From Candidatus Electrothrix sp. GW3-4 (GTDB taxonomy: Bacteria > Desulfobacterota > Desulfobulbia > Desulfobulbales > Desulfobulbaceae): a DNA stretch of 32,000 nucleotides. The number at the start of each line of letters is the position of its first letter. Positions within the stretch are counted from its first letter, which is position 1. This document shows positions 15,924 to 24,267 of the stretch, piece after piece. The position numbers and the translations under genes were made by a program. The notes below the pieces were generated by a model. The model was not told where the DNA came from. It did no database searches and saw nothing but the letters and a program-made list of their open reading frames with translations. The DNA is taken from the NCBI RefSeq assembly GCF_037902255.1, contig NZ_CP147990.1:3270001-3302000 (forward strand), written 5' to 3'.

Positions 15924-16201
15924 AGTCAAACCTTGAGCCATCAAGACTTTTGGCTCTTTAAAATGCAATGGAAAGATCTCGTCCGAATCCAGCCGAAATA
16001 TATTTTAAGGGGCTCCTTGAGACTGACCAAGTCTCCAATCCTCCCGGATCTGTATTTTTTTTCAGGATACACCCTACTCGTTTCCGGGAATAACTGCGCT
16101 ATGTAAGGAAGCTGCGAATGGGTGAAAAGAGGAGGGGGAGCATAGAAGCTACAGAAGAATAAGGCCACACCCGTGGAAGTGCGCTTTTAGTCTTCCTGAA
16201 T

Positions 16202-16256
16202 AAAAAAAGGGGGACATCGACAAAGCCCTTAACGGTCAGCGAGATTCCCCTTTTTT
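16202..16256 (-). terminator. Probable intrinsic terminator after gene 16277..16672
   Basis: Read on the minus strand: GGGGAATCTCG...CGATGTCCCCC followed by TTTTTTT. An A-run on the other side gives it a bidirectional look. The loop is large and the stem imperfect. Confidence 0.45.
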
Positions 16257-16276
16257 ATTCTTGTTTTTGCGCTGTA

Positions 16277-16672
16277 TCAATCAAATGTCGGTGCTATCAT
16301 ATTAGGTATTCCTTCTGGACTCGCAGCATCCTGCATTGCGGCCATTTGCGTTTTTCTCGTCTTATCTCGCGTCTCCTGCCGTACCCTTGTGCTGACCACT
16401 TCACTAATTGCGTCTCCCATAGGACGAAGCAAAGGAAGTCGCTTGGCCTGCTCTTCTTTTATCCTATCCCTTGTTTGACGCATTATCGCCTTCACATCAA
16501 TACCATTCATATCAACATCAGTCTTAACGCTGTCCACAACCCCCTGAATTTCCGGATCATCAGATGGTAGAGGAATATTGATATTCTGCGCCTGTGCAGC
16601 ATTAACACCTGCAACAGCAGCCAAGGAAATAGCCAAGGCTAGATTCATTGATATTTTTTTTAAGTGCAGCAT
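16277..16672 (-). CDS. Small secreted protein, subfamily 2 (diverged, charged core)
   Basis: I moved the start to MLHLKK, which is preceded by AAAAAAAAAGGAG. A signal peptide is followed by NINIPLPSDDPEIQGVVDSVK. The tail is DAASPEGIPNMIAPTFD. The upstream part of the listed ORF (16673-16807) is covered by repeat E4. Confidence 0.75.
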   Translation of the reverse strand: MLHLKKISMNLALAISLAAVAGVNAAQAQNINIPLPSDDPEIQGVVDSVKTDVDMNGIDVKAIMRQTRDRIKEEQAKRLPLLRPMGDAISEVVSTRVRQETRDKTRKTQMAAMQDAASPEGIPNMIAPTFD

Positions 16673-16728
16673 AGTCTCATCTCCTTTTTTTTTCGATAGT
16701 ACTAACCAACTCGCTTTTTCTTGATAAC

Positions 16729-16814
16729 ACTCATCCCTTCCCTTGGGGAGGGACAACAAAGCATGAAAGGTGCTCAGACGATCCCAAGGAGTCGTCGGTA
16801 CTTTCATATAAAAT
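16729..16814 (-). repeat. Structured intergenic repeat, copy E4 (5' of gene 16277..16672)
   Basis: Read on the minus strand: TTATATGAAAG-TACC[GACGActccttgggaTCGTC]TGAGCA-CCTTTCATGCTTTGTTGTCCCTCCCCAAGGGAAGGGATGAG. Confidence 0.7.
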
Positions 16815-16920
16815 TATCCGCTTTAAAAATTCTTCTGGAGTTACTACTCATCGACAGAAACAAGGCCAATGAATAAAAGATATTTTTATAAAATGACTGA
16901 TCAGAAGTATCTCTTTTTTC

Positions 16921-16964
16921 TCAAAAACATTTACACGGGAGACCAACAGGACCTCCCGTGTAAA
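16921..16964 (-). terminator. Intrinsic terminator after gene 17035..17385
   Basis: A perfect 12-bp stem (TTTACACGGGAG / CTCCCGTGTAAA, arms at 16930-16941 and 16953-16964) is followed on the minus strand by TGTTTTTGA. Confidence 0.75.
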
Positions 16965-17034
16965 CTTTCGCAACAGATTAAATAAAGAAAAAAGTGCAAG
17001 CTTCACACCTTTTTCTTACAGGATCCCCTACAGC

Positions 17035-17385
17035 CTAGAAAGGAGGAGGAGCGATAGATCCCGGAATACCACCATTGGGGTTTTTCAGAGCGCCCATTTG
17101 GGTATTCATGATTTTATTCTTCATCATCGGCTGCATCTTTGCCATAACCTGATCGATCAGCGGCATATTAGCAGACATGTCAGTGATGACATTAGCTCGG
17201 GTGGCATTCATCATGTCTTTTACCATCGCGTCAGTCCTGACAGTAGATACTACCTGCTGAATCTCCGAATCACCGGTGGGAATGGGGATTTCCACAGCCT
17301 GAACATTGCTCACTGTGTACGCAGAAGCAGCCAAAGTAAGCATCAGCGCGACTTTCACTGTTCCTGATTTCATTTTTTGCAGCAT
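17035..17385 (-). CDS. Small secreted Met-rich protein, subfamily 2
   Basis: AAGGAGGAAG precedes the ATG. A signal peptide is followed by VEIPIPTGDSEIQQVVSTVR. The core is very Met-rich (MVKDMMNATRANVITDMSANMPLIDQVMAKMQPMMKNKIMNTQM). The tail is NPNGGIPGSIAPPPF. Confidence 0.8.
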   Translation of the reverse strand: MLQKMKSGTVKVALMLTLAASAYTVSNVQAVEIPIPTGDSEIQQVVSTVRTDAMVKDMMNATRANVITDMSANMPLIDQVMAKMQPMMKNKIMNTQMGALKNPNGGIPGSIAPPPF

Positions 17386-17901
17386 TTTCTTCCTCCTTGT
17401 CTTTTTCTAGAATAGAAAGTTACTCAATAACCTTCCCTCTATAATAAAAGATTATTGAGGGCTTGTAAAATTTTTTTACCGAATCTGCTTTTTATCTCAC
17501 CCACCTTCATTTTATCCCATCAGACAACGAGATAAAAAGCGGTGTCTTTGAAAGAGCAGCCAGAAATACCCATGCAATCCTCGCAAAAAGGAGAATCTTC
17601 TCCTGCCTACCACTTTGTAAAGTCCTCACCTGCGCTCGACAACACGACCGAAATCATCTGGTCCGGGAAGCTGTTGAAAAGCCCCTGGGAGGAATGCTAG
17701 TAGTACTTGCATTCATTAATTCTGAATCTTGTCAAAAGAGGTACGGAATGTCGGTTATACAGTTCGCCCCTCGCACTGCACTGTTTCCCTTAGCAAGCAA
17801 TAGTTTTTTTTGCACAACCACTACCCCCTCACAAAACAGCTTGATATAAAATATATAATTACCAACAACCTACCTGCTGCAACGGGATACATTATTTTTT
17901 T

Positions 17902-17929
17902 TTGCAGTAAGAGCAATTACTAGTATAAT
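17902..17929 (+). promoter_or_regulatory. Candidate sigma70-type promoter upstream of glgP
   Basis: TTGCAG, a 16-nt spacer and a perfect TATAAT lie about 190 nt upstream of the glgP start. This is sequence pattern only. Confidence 0.3.
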
Positions 17930-18117
17930 GCAAGAGGCATGAAATACGCCAGTAACCGATTGTGATTTTTTAGACTATCAATCCACCACCTGTCTTCGTA
18001 TCTCCTGGGAACCAGGAAAAGGCCATTTATCTTGGCAGTCATTTTGGGGCAGTACAGGCTCCAGGCCCACAAAAACGGCGTGCATAGTACCAGAAGTATA
18101 ACTACAGAGAGATCCTT

Positions 18118-20643
18118 ATGAGTTCAGTTCCAGAAAAGGACCAACGAAAGAAGCGCATCAATGAGCTTAAGCGAGCTTTTGCCTATAACCTGTTTTACAG
18201 ACAGGGCGTCAGCACAAGAACAGCGACCCTGAACGACTATTATCTTGCCCTCTCCTATACCCTGCGGGATCGAATGCAGCATCTTTTTGTCAACTCTGTT
18301 GAAACCCTGCAGGAAAAGGAGCCCAAAATCGTCTGCTACCTCTCAGCAGAGTTTCTCACAGGCCCCCATCTGCACAATAATCTGGTTAACCTCGGGCTGT
18401 ACGAAGATTTTGCCCAAGCTACGGAGGAGAGTGGTCTTGATCTCAAGGCTATTATCGATCATGAGGAAGAGCCTGGCCTCGGGAATGGAGGACTTGGACG
18501 GCTGGCAGCCTGCTACCTCGACTCCCTTTCCTCCCTGGAAATACCAGCCATTGGCTACGGTATTCGTTATGAGTACGGCATGTTTGACCAAGAGATTGTC
18601 AACGGCTGGCAAAAAGAACTCAGCGACCGCTGGTTGCATCCCGGCAACCCCTGGGAGATAAAAAAACCGGTTATGGCCTGTGAGGTTAGCTTTGGGGGAC
18701 ATACAGAGATATATCATACAGAAAAAGGTATTCGCCGGATTCGTTGGCGACCTGCACGGGTCATCACCGGGGTTCCCTATGATATCCCCATTCCTGGCTA
18801 TAAAGTCAACACGGTAAACTACCTGCGTCTTTGGAGCGCTGAGTCACACTCATCCTTTGATTTTGCCGATTTTAACACCGGAGATTATTACGGGGCCGTG
18901 GAAGATAAAATCCAGGCAGAGACGGTCACCAAGGTACTCTATCCCAATGACGAGCAGTTTCAGGGCAAAAAGCTGCGCCTGGAACAGCAGTTTTTCCTCG
19001 TTTCCTGCTCATTACAGGATATGATCCGCCTGCATCTTTTTCGGCACGACAACCTGCTCAACTTTCACGAATATTTCCAAGGACAACTCAATGACACCCA
19101 CCCGGCAGTTGCTGTACCTGAGTTGATGCGGCTCTTAACGGATGTGCATCTCTACGACTGGGATGTTTCTTGGGATATTACCAAAAAGACCCTTAGCTAC
19201 ACAAATCACACCCTCCTGCCTGAGGCGATGGAAAAATGGTCTTTGGCTCTGTTTGGCAGCCTGTTACCACGCCATCTGGAAATTATCTTTGAGCTGAATC
19301 GTCGTTTTCTTGACGAAGTCCGGATCAGATATCCCGGTGACGATGCACGGCTACAACGGATGTCCGTCATTGATGAGACGGAGCCACGATCTGTTCGCAT
19401 GGTCAATCTTGCCTGTATGGGGGCCAAGACCATTAACGGAGTTGCAGCTATGCACACAGACCTTCTCCGGAGACATACCCTGACAGACTGGGATGACATG
19501 TATCCCGAAAAAATCCGTAACGTTACCAACGGGGTTACCCCACGTCGCTGGATAGCGGTCAGCAACCCTCGTCTTACCCGATTGATCACCGAAGCCATCG
19601 GTGAACGATGGATGACAGATCTGGATGAACTTTGCAGACTGGAAAAACTCGCTGAGGATGCACCCTTTTTAGATGCCTGGCGACGGGTTAAGGAAGAAAA
19701 TAAACAGGATTTTTCAGCACTGATTAAATCTTGCGATAATATCAACGTTGATTACAGAGCCCTCTTTGATGTCCAGGTCAAGAGAATTCACGAATACAAA
19801 CGACAGCACCTCAACATCTTACACATCATCACCCTGTACACTCGGATTAAGACTGATCCCAATCTTGAAATAACCCCTCGTCTTTTTGTCTTTGGCGGTA
19901 AAGCAGCGCCTGGTTATTTCATGGCCAAGCGAATCATCAAGCTCATCACCTCGGTAGCCAACGTGGTGAATAACGACCCCGCAGTACGCGACCAACTCAA
20001 GGTTTTCTTTATACCAAATTATAATGTAAAGATAGGCCATATTGTCTATCCCATGGCCAACCTCTCTGAGCAGATTTCACTCGCCGGGATGGAGGCCTCT
20101 GGTACAGGCAATATGAAATTTGCCATGAACGGAGCCTTGACCATAGGAACCCTTGACGGAGCCAATGTAGAAATCCGGAAGGAGGTAGGAGAAGAAAACT
20201 TTTTTCTGTTCGGTCTCAATGTCGAGGAGGTCATGGAGCTGCGTAAAGCCGGTTACAGCCCGCTGGACTATTATCATCATAACGAATCGTTGCGAGCAGT
20301 CATCGATCTGATCGACTCAGGAATTTTCAGCTCCGGTGACAGGGAGCTATTCAAACCGATTATCGATAGCCTCCTTCACGAGGATCCGTACATGCTTTTT
20401 GCCGACTATCAGGATTATATCGACTGCCAGGATCGCGTCAGCCACCTGTATGCAGATGACAATCTCTGGACCAAAATGTCGATTCTGAGCACCGCTCGAA
20501 TGGGAAAATTTTCTTCAGATCGCTCGATAAAAGAATACTGCCGAAAAGTGTGGGATATCCACCCCTGCCCTGTTAAACTGAAATGGCAGGAATTACCTGA
20601 GGACGGGGTACTCTTTCACCCAGAAGAAACTGAGGAAAAATAA
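18118..20643 (+). CDS. glgP: Glycogen/maltodextrin phosphorylase
   Basis: The protein is 841 aa. It carries the pyridoxal-phosphate site signature EASGTGNMKFAMNGALTIGTLDGANVE and N-terminal GLGNGGLGRLAACYLDS. Confidence 0.95.
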   Translation: MSSVPEKDQRKKRINELKRAFAYNLFYRQGVSTRTATLNDYYLALSYTLRDRMQHLFVNSVETLQEKEPKIVCYLSAEFLTGPHLHNNLVNLGLYEDFAQATEESGLDLKAIIDHEEEPGLGNGGLGRLAACYLDSLSSLEIPAIGYGIRYEYGMFDQEIVNGWQKELSDRWLHPGNPWEIKKPVMACEVSFGGHTEIYHTEKGIRRIRWRPARVITGVPYDIPIPGYKVNTVNYLRLWSAESHSSFDFADFNTGDYYGAVEDKIQAETVTKVLYPNDEQFQGKKLRLEQQFFLVSCSLQDMIRLHLFRHDNLLNFHEYFQGQLNDTHPAVAVPELMRLLTDVHLYDWDVSWDITKKTLSYTNHTLLPEAMEKWSLALFGSLLPRHLEIIFELNRRFLDEVRIRYPGDDARLQRMSVIDETEPRSVRMVNLACMGAKTINGVAAMHTDLLRRHTLTDWDDMYPEKIRNVTNGVTPRRWIAVSNPRLTRLITEAIGERWMTDLDELCRLEKLAEDAPFLDAWRRVKEENKQDFSALIKSCDNINVDYRALFDVQVKRIHEYKRQHLNILHIITLYTRIKTDPNLEITPRLFVFGGKAAPGYFMAKRIIKLITSVANVVNNDPAVRDQLKVFFIPNYNVKIGHIVYPMANLSEQISLAGMEASGTGNMKFAMNGALTIGTLDGANVEIRKEVGEENFFLFGLNVEEVMELRKAGYSPLDYYHHNESLRAVIDLIDSGIFSSGDRELFKPIIDSLLHEDPYMLFADYQDYIDCQDRVSHLYADDNLWTKMSILSTARMGKFSSDRSIKEYCRKVWDIHPCPVKLKWQELPEDGVLFHPEETEEK

Positions 20644-20680
20644 GGGGAGAGGCTGCTCCCCACACCAGCACAAACGGTAT

Positions 20681-21706
20681 TTAGCGATCCCGACGCAGAA
20701 TATATCCGGCAAGTTGCTCTAGCACAGCCAAACTTTCCTGGTGCTCTTTGTGAGCAAAACAAGATAATGCGGCCAGCCCCTCTTCTATTTCCTGACAAGC
20801 CCTTTGACGGGAAAAGGCAAAGCTCTCAGCTGCCCTCATGAGCTGGCGTGCCCTCGCGCATCCATCGCTGTCTCTCGGTGTATGTTCTACGGCCGTTATC
20901 AACTCTGCCCTCTCTGCGTCCGAGGCATGAGCAAGGGCATGAATCAGGGGAAGGGTCATCTTCCCCTCGATAAAATCATTGCCCACCACCTTACCAGTCG
21001 CCTGCTCGTCTCCCAGATAGTCAAGGAGATCATCAACAATCTGAAAGGCGATACCAATCTTTTCCCCGTACCGGGCCAAGGCACTCTGCTGCGTTGGATT
21101 GGCGTGGCCGTACAAGGCACCTATTTCACAGGTAGCGCTCATCAGGCGTGCAGTCTTACGCAGCACTACGGAACGGTACTGCTCTTCGGTCACAGCTGAA
21201 TTTGCTGCGTAACGCAGCTGAAGGAATTCACCATCCACCATGGACTGGGTTGCATTGCACACTATATCCAGCCCCTGTTGACCAGCTAAGGTGCCAATAA
21301 GATGCATACAGCGGGCATGAAGCCAGTCACCGGCAAGGATGGCAGCAGCCATCCCATACTTTTTTACGACCGATTCCTTGCCGCGCCGGTTTTCAGCATG
21401 ATCAATCACGTCATCATGAATCAGGGATCCTGCATGCAAATACTCAAAAGTCGCCGCCAACAGGTAAAGGTTATCATCATCCCTTCCACAGACCCTTGAA
21501 CTCAAAATCGCCAAGACAGGACGCAGCCTTTTCCCCCCCTTAAGCAGAGAATATTTCAGCACCTCAAGGAGCAGCGGATCATTATCGGAAAGCGCTGATT
21601 CCAGGTCCAGCAGCACTGCCTCCTCAGTTCGTGCTGCATGCCGCTGTATCACTTCAAGCAGAAAGGCTTTACCAACATCTGCTGGAACTGTCTTTTTTTC
21701 TTTCAA
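20681..21706 (-). CDS. Polyprenyl diphosphate synthase (IspB-like long-chain trans-prenyltransferase)
   Basis: Two Asp-rich motifs are present: LIHDDVIDHAENRRG and FQIVDDLLDY. The ORF track gives a TTG start, and a GGGAG supplied by repeat E2 lies 6 nt upstream. Confidence 0.85.
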   Translation of the reverse strand: MKEKKTVPADVGKAFLLEVIQRHAARTEEAVLLDLESALSDNDPLLLEVLKYSLLKGGKRLRPVLAILSSRVCGRDDDNLYLLAATFEYLHAGSLIHDDVIDHAENRRGKESVVKKYGMAAAILAGDWLHARCMHLIGTLAGQQGLDIVCNATQSMVDGEFLQLRYAANSAVTEEQYRSVVLRKTARLMSATCEIGALYGHANPTQQSALARYGEKIGIAFQIVDDLLDYLGDEQATGKVVGNDFIEGKMTLPLIHALAHASDAERAELITAVEHTPRDSDGCARARQLMRAAESFAFSRQRACQEIEEGLAALSCFAHKEHQESLAVLEQLAGYILRRDR

Positions 21707-21707
21707 A

Positions 21708-21800
21708 ATAAACTCCCATCCCGACCGAGCGGGCCGGGACTACAAAAAATGAAAATTCATCGGGTGACTCAAATGAGTCACCCAATACTTTCATATGAAT
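21708..21800 (-). repeat. Structured intergenic repeat, copy E2 (directly 5' of the polyprenyl synthase gene)
   Basis: Read on the minus strand: TTCATATGAAAG-TATT[GGGTGACTCatttGAGTCACCC]GATGAA-TTTTCATTTTTTGTAGTCCCGGCCCGCTCGGTCGGGATGGGAG, then TTTATT and the TTG start. Confidence 0.75.
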
Positions 21801-21827
21801 TACTCTCTTGTATCTTAAGCAGAACGA

Positions 21828-23852
21828 TTAGGCCCTGTTAAAAAAATCTTCAACATCCCGGACAGCTCTGCTCAGCGGAGCGTCAGGTAAACTCGCCCGA
21901 AAACGTCGCCCATAAAACTTACTGAATAAACGGGCATCCAGGATTGCCATGACCCCCTGATCAGTTGCGCGACGCATAAGCCGCCCTACCCCCTGCCGAA
22001 GAGTGAGGATCGCCCTTGGGATCTGAAATTCCATAAAGGGGTTACCGCCTGCGGCCTTGATTTTCTCCATGCGGGCCATAATAACAGGATCACTGGGGAC
22101 TTCAAACGGCAATTTATCAATAATGACCAGACTCAGAGACTCTCCAGGGACATCAACACCTTCCCAAAAACTGGCAACCGCAAAAAGAACAGAATCTGTC
22201 TCTTCAGCAAAACGATCCAGTAACTGGGAGCGTGAGCAGGTTCCTTGACGCAGCAGAGGATAGGGGAGTTCATCTTGCAGACTATACCAAGCCAGTTCTA
22301 GGGCCCGAAATGAGGTGAACAACACCAGGGCCCGCCCTCTGGAACAGGTAATAAGCTGCGATATCTCCAGGTGTAATGCGCTTCTGTACTCAGGATCCGT
22401 TGGCTCAGGGAAATGATCGCCTGGAATGTAGAGCAGACTCCGCTTTTGATACTCAAAGGGGGAGGAGAAAGAATAGGTTTCCGTCCCTTCAGGTATCCCA
22501 AGCCGTTGACAAAAATAGCCAAACCCTCCTCCTCCACCATCCGTCCTCAGGGTTGCGGAGGTAAACAGACAATGCTCTGCCCCGGCAAACAAGGTGGTCC
22601 TGAGCTCATCAGCGACATCAATAGGCGTGGCAGAGAGGGTAAGGTTTTTTTCTGTTCGCTCAACCCATTGAATATAATTGCTCTGTTCTGCCTGCTCATT
22701 TTTTGAGAGCAAGGGCGAGGTGATTTGCTCGAGATGCTGCGCAATATCCAGACTCCGCTGTCCATAATGCCCCCACGGCTCATCCTGCTCCTTTGCCTTG
22801 TCCAGCTGATCAGCAAGCGAGTTCAAAGCGATCATCAGAGTATCTCGCGTTTTTTTCAACTCTGGATATTCTTCAAAAAGACCAATCAGGGGAAAACGCC
22901 CTTTTTGAACAGGAAACATGGCGGCAAATTGTTCGTTCAGACCTGAGAGCGCTCTGGCTGCAGATAAAATATGTGCAGACAGAGTGCTCATTTTGCCACC
23001 ACCTTTTTTGAGCATACTTTGCTCGATATCTGCGACAAGATCGACAACCTGGTATTTAGAAAAAGAAAAACCAAAAAAGTTTCCAGCCACGTTTTCCAGA
23101 TGGTGTGCTTCATCTATAATGAGTGATTGGTAGCGGGGAAGGACCTCGCCAAAGCCATTTTTTCGGACAGCCAGATCGGAAAAGAGCAAATGATGGTTGA
23201 CAACTAAGAGCTGACAGGAAGCAGCTAATCGACGAAGGCGGTTCAGATAGCAGGCAGTTGCCGAGGGACAGTCTGCGCCAAGGCAAAAGTACGGCAGGCA
23301 ACAAACCTTCTGCCATAACAAGGAACTCCCTGCGATTCCTGGCAATTCAGCGCGATCAGCAACGACTGTTCTCTGCAACCACTCTTTCAATATGTCGTAT
23401 AAGACCTTGCCTTCTTTTTTCTTTTCCCCTGTCAGATCCTGGAAAATGTTCTGCTGAGCCTGGCTATCTAACTGGTGCCACCGATAAAGACAGAGGTAAT
23501 TTTGTCGCCCCTTAACCGTCATTGCGGTCAGGTCAGGCGCAATATGCTGCTGGATAAAGGGAACTTCTCTTTTGAGGATCTGATCTTGCAGATTACGGGT
23601 ATTGGTGGAGACAACAACCCTTCGGCCGCTGAGAACAGACGGAATAAGATAGGCAAGCGTTTTTCCGAGCCCTGTTCCTGCTTCCACTATCAGGCAGTGT
23701 GCCAGGGGGCTGTCCTGATCTGAACGCTCCCCCTTTCCCTCTTGCTCCAAGAGAGCAACAACGGCCTCTGCCATCTCCAGCTGCCCCGGACGTGACTCAT
23801 AACTCGGAAGGTGCTCGGCAAGGAGACCGGTATCTGCAAAAAAAATTTTCAT
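21828..23852 (-). CDS. dinG: DinG/XPD-family ATP-dependent DNA helicase (Fe-S type)
   Basis: I moved the start to MKIFFADTGLL. The Walker A motif is EAGTGLGKTLAYL and the DEAH box is IIDEAHHLEN. The Cys cluster (CLYRW ... CCLPYFCLGADCPSATAC) is consistent with a 4Fe-4S domain. Confidence 0.85.
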   Translation of the reverse strand: MKIFFADTGLLAEHLPSYESRPGQLEMAEAVVALLEQEGKGERSDQDSPLAHCLIVEAGTGLGKTLAYLIPSVLSGRRVVVSTNTRNLQDQILKREVPFIQQHIAPDLTAMTVKGRQNYLCLYRWHQLDSQAQQNIFQDLTGEKKKEGKVLYDILKEWLQRTVVADRAELPGIAGSSLLWQKVCCLPYFCLGADCPSATACYLNRLRRLAASCQLLVVNHHLLFSDLAVRKNGFGEVLPRYQSLIIDEAHHLENVAGNFFGFSFSKYQVVDLVADIEQSMLKKGGGKMSTLSAHILSAARALSGLNEQFAAMFPVQKGRFPLIGLFEEYPELKKTRDTLMIALNSLADQLDKAKEQDEPWGHYGQRSLDIAQHLEQITSPLLSKNEQAEQSNYIQWVERTEKNLTLSATPIDVADELRTTLFAGAEHCLFTSATLRTDGGGGGFGYFCQRLGIPEGTETYSFSSPFEYQKRSLLYIPGDHFPEPTDPEYRSALHLEISQLITCSRGRALVLFTSFRALELAWYSLQDELPYPLLRQGTCSRSQLLDRFAEETDSVLFAVASFWEGVDVPGESLSLVIIDKLPFEVPSDPVIMARMEKIKAAGGNPFMEFQIPRAILTLRQGVGRLMRRATDQGVMAILDARLFSKFYGRRFRASLPDAPLSRAVRDVEDFFNRA

Positions 23853-24267
23853 GTATCCAGTGAACTGATAGTGAGGTCGCCTCTGACAGCGGAAGGTACA
23901 GCCAGCCTGTTTCTCCAGCACAATCTTTACCACGTCGAGCCCTGTCGAGCAATCCGAGATTCCCTCTCTGCTCTCGCCCCTGGTTCTTTTTCAGGGCAAA
24001 GGAATATAATTTACGGTATAAACAAGAAGAGACTTGCGTTTTCGGACAAGAAGCATATCAACAGTCTTCTTTTGAGAGGTCCTCGAAAGAATGGAGTCAC
24101 CGTTGCAACCTTGCAACACATCACTATTTTCGACTTCTCGCTATTTCGACAGATAAGACGATACCGTTCCCCGTCCTCTTCCGAAAGATCTTCCGAAAGA
24201 AGCGCAGAGGAAAAATTGCTTCTTAACCAAGCTGAACTGTTCTGTCTACAAAACAAACTACTCACGA

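Noticed and set aside
15941-16168. ORFs 15941..16168 - (75 aa), 4735..4971 - (78 aa) and 14860..15099 - (79 aa) in the long intergenic regions
   Set aside because: They have no SD, no signal peptide, no paralog and odd composition. ORF 14860..15099 overlaps the well-supported MORN-B start. They could still hide micro-proteins, but nothing supports that.
16673-16807. N-terminal extensions of listed ORFs (16277..16807, 13240..13689, 1941..2411, 2448..2840, 2828..4471, 11499..12968, 8906..9949, 21828..23933, 26186..27511)
   Set aside because: In each case an internal Met is preceded by a strong GGAGG-type SD and is followed directly by a signal peptide or a conserved N-terminus shared with paralogs. 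The extensions are not conserved between paralogs, and at 16673-16807 the extension overlaps the structured repeat E4.
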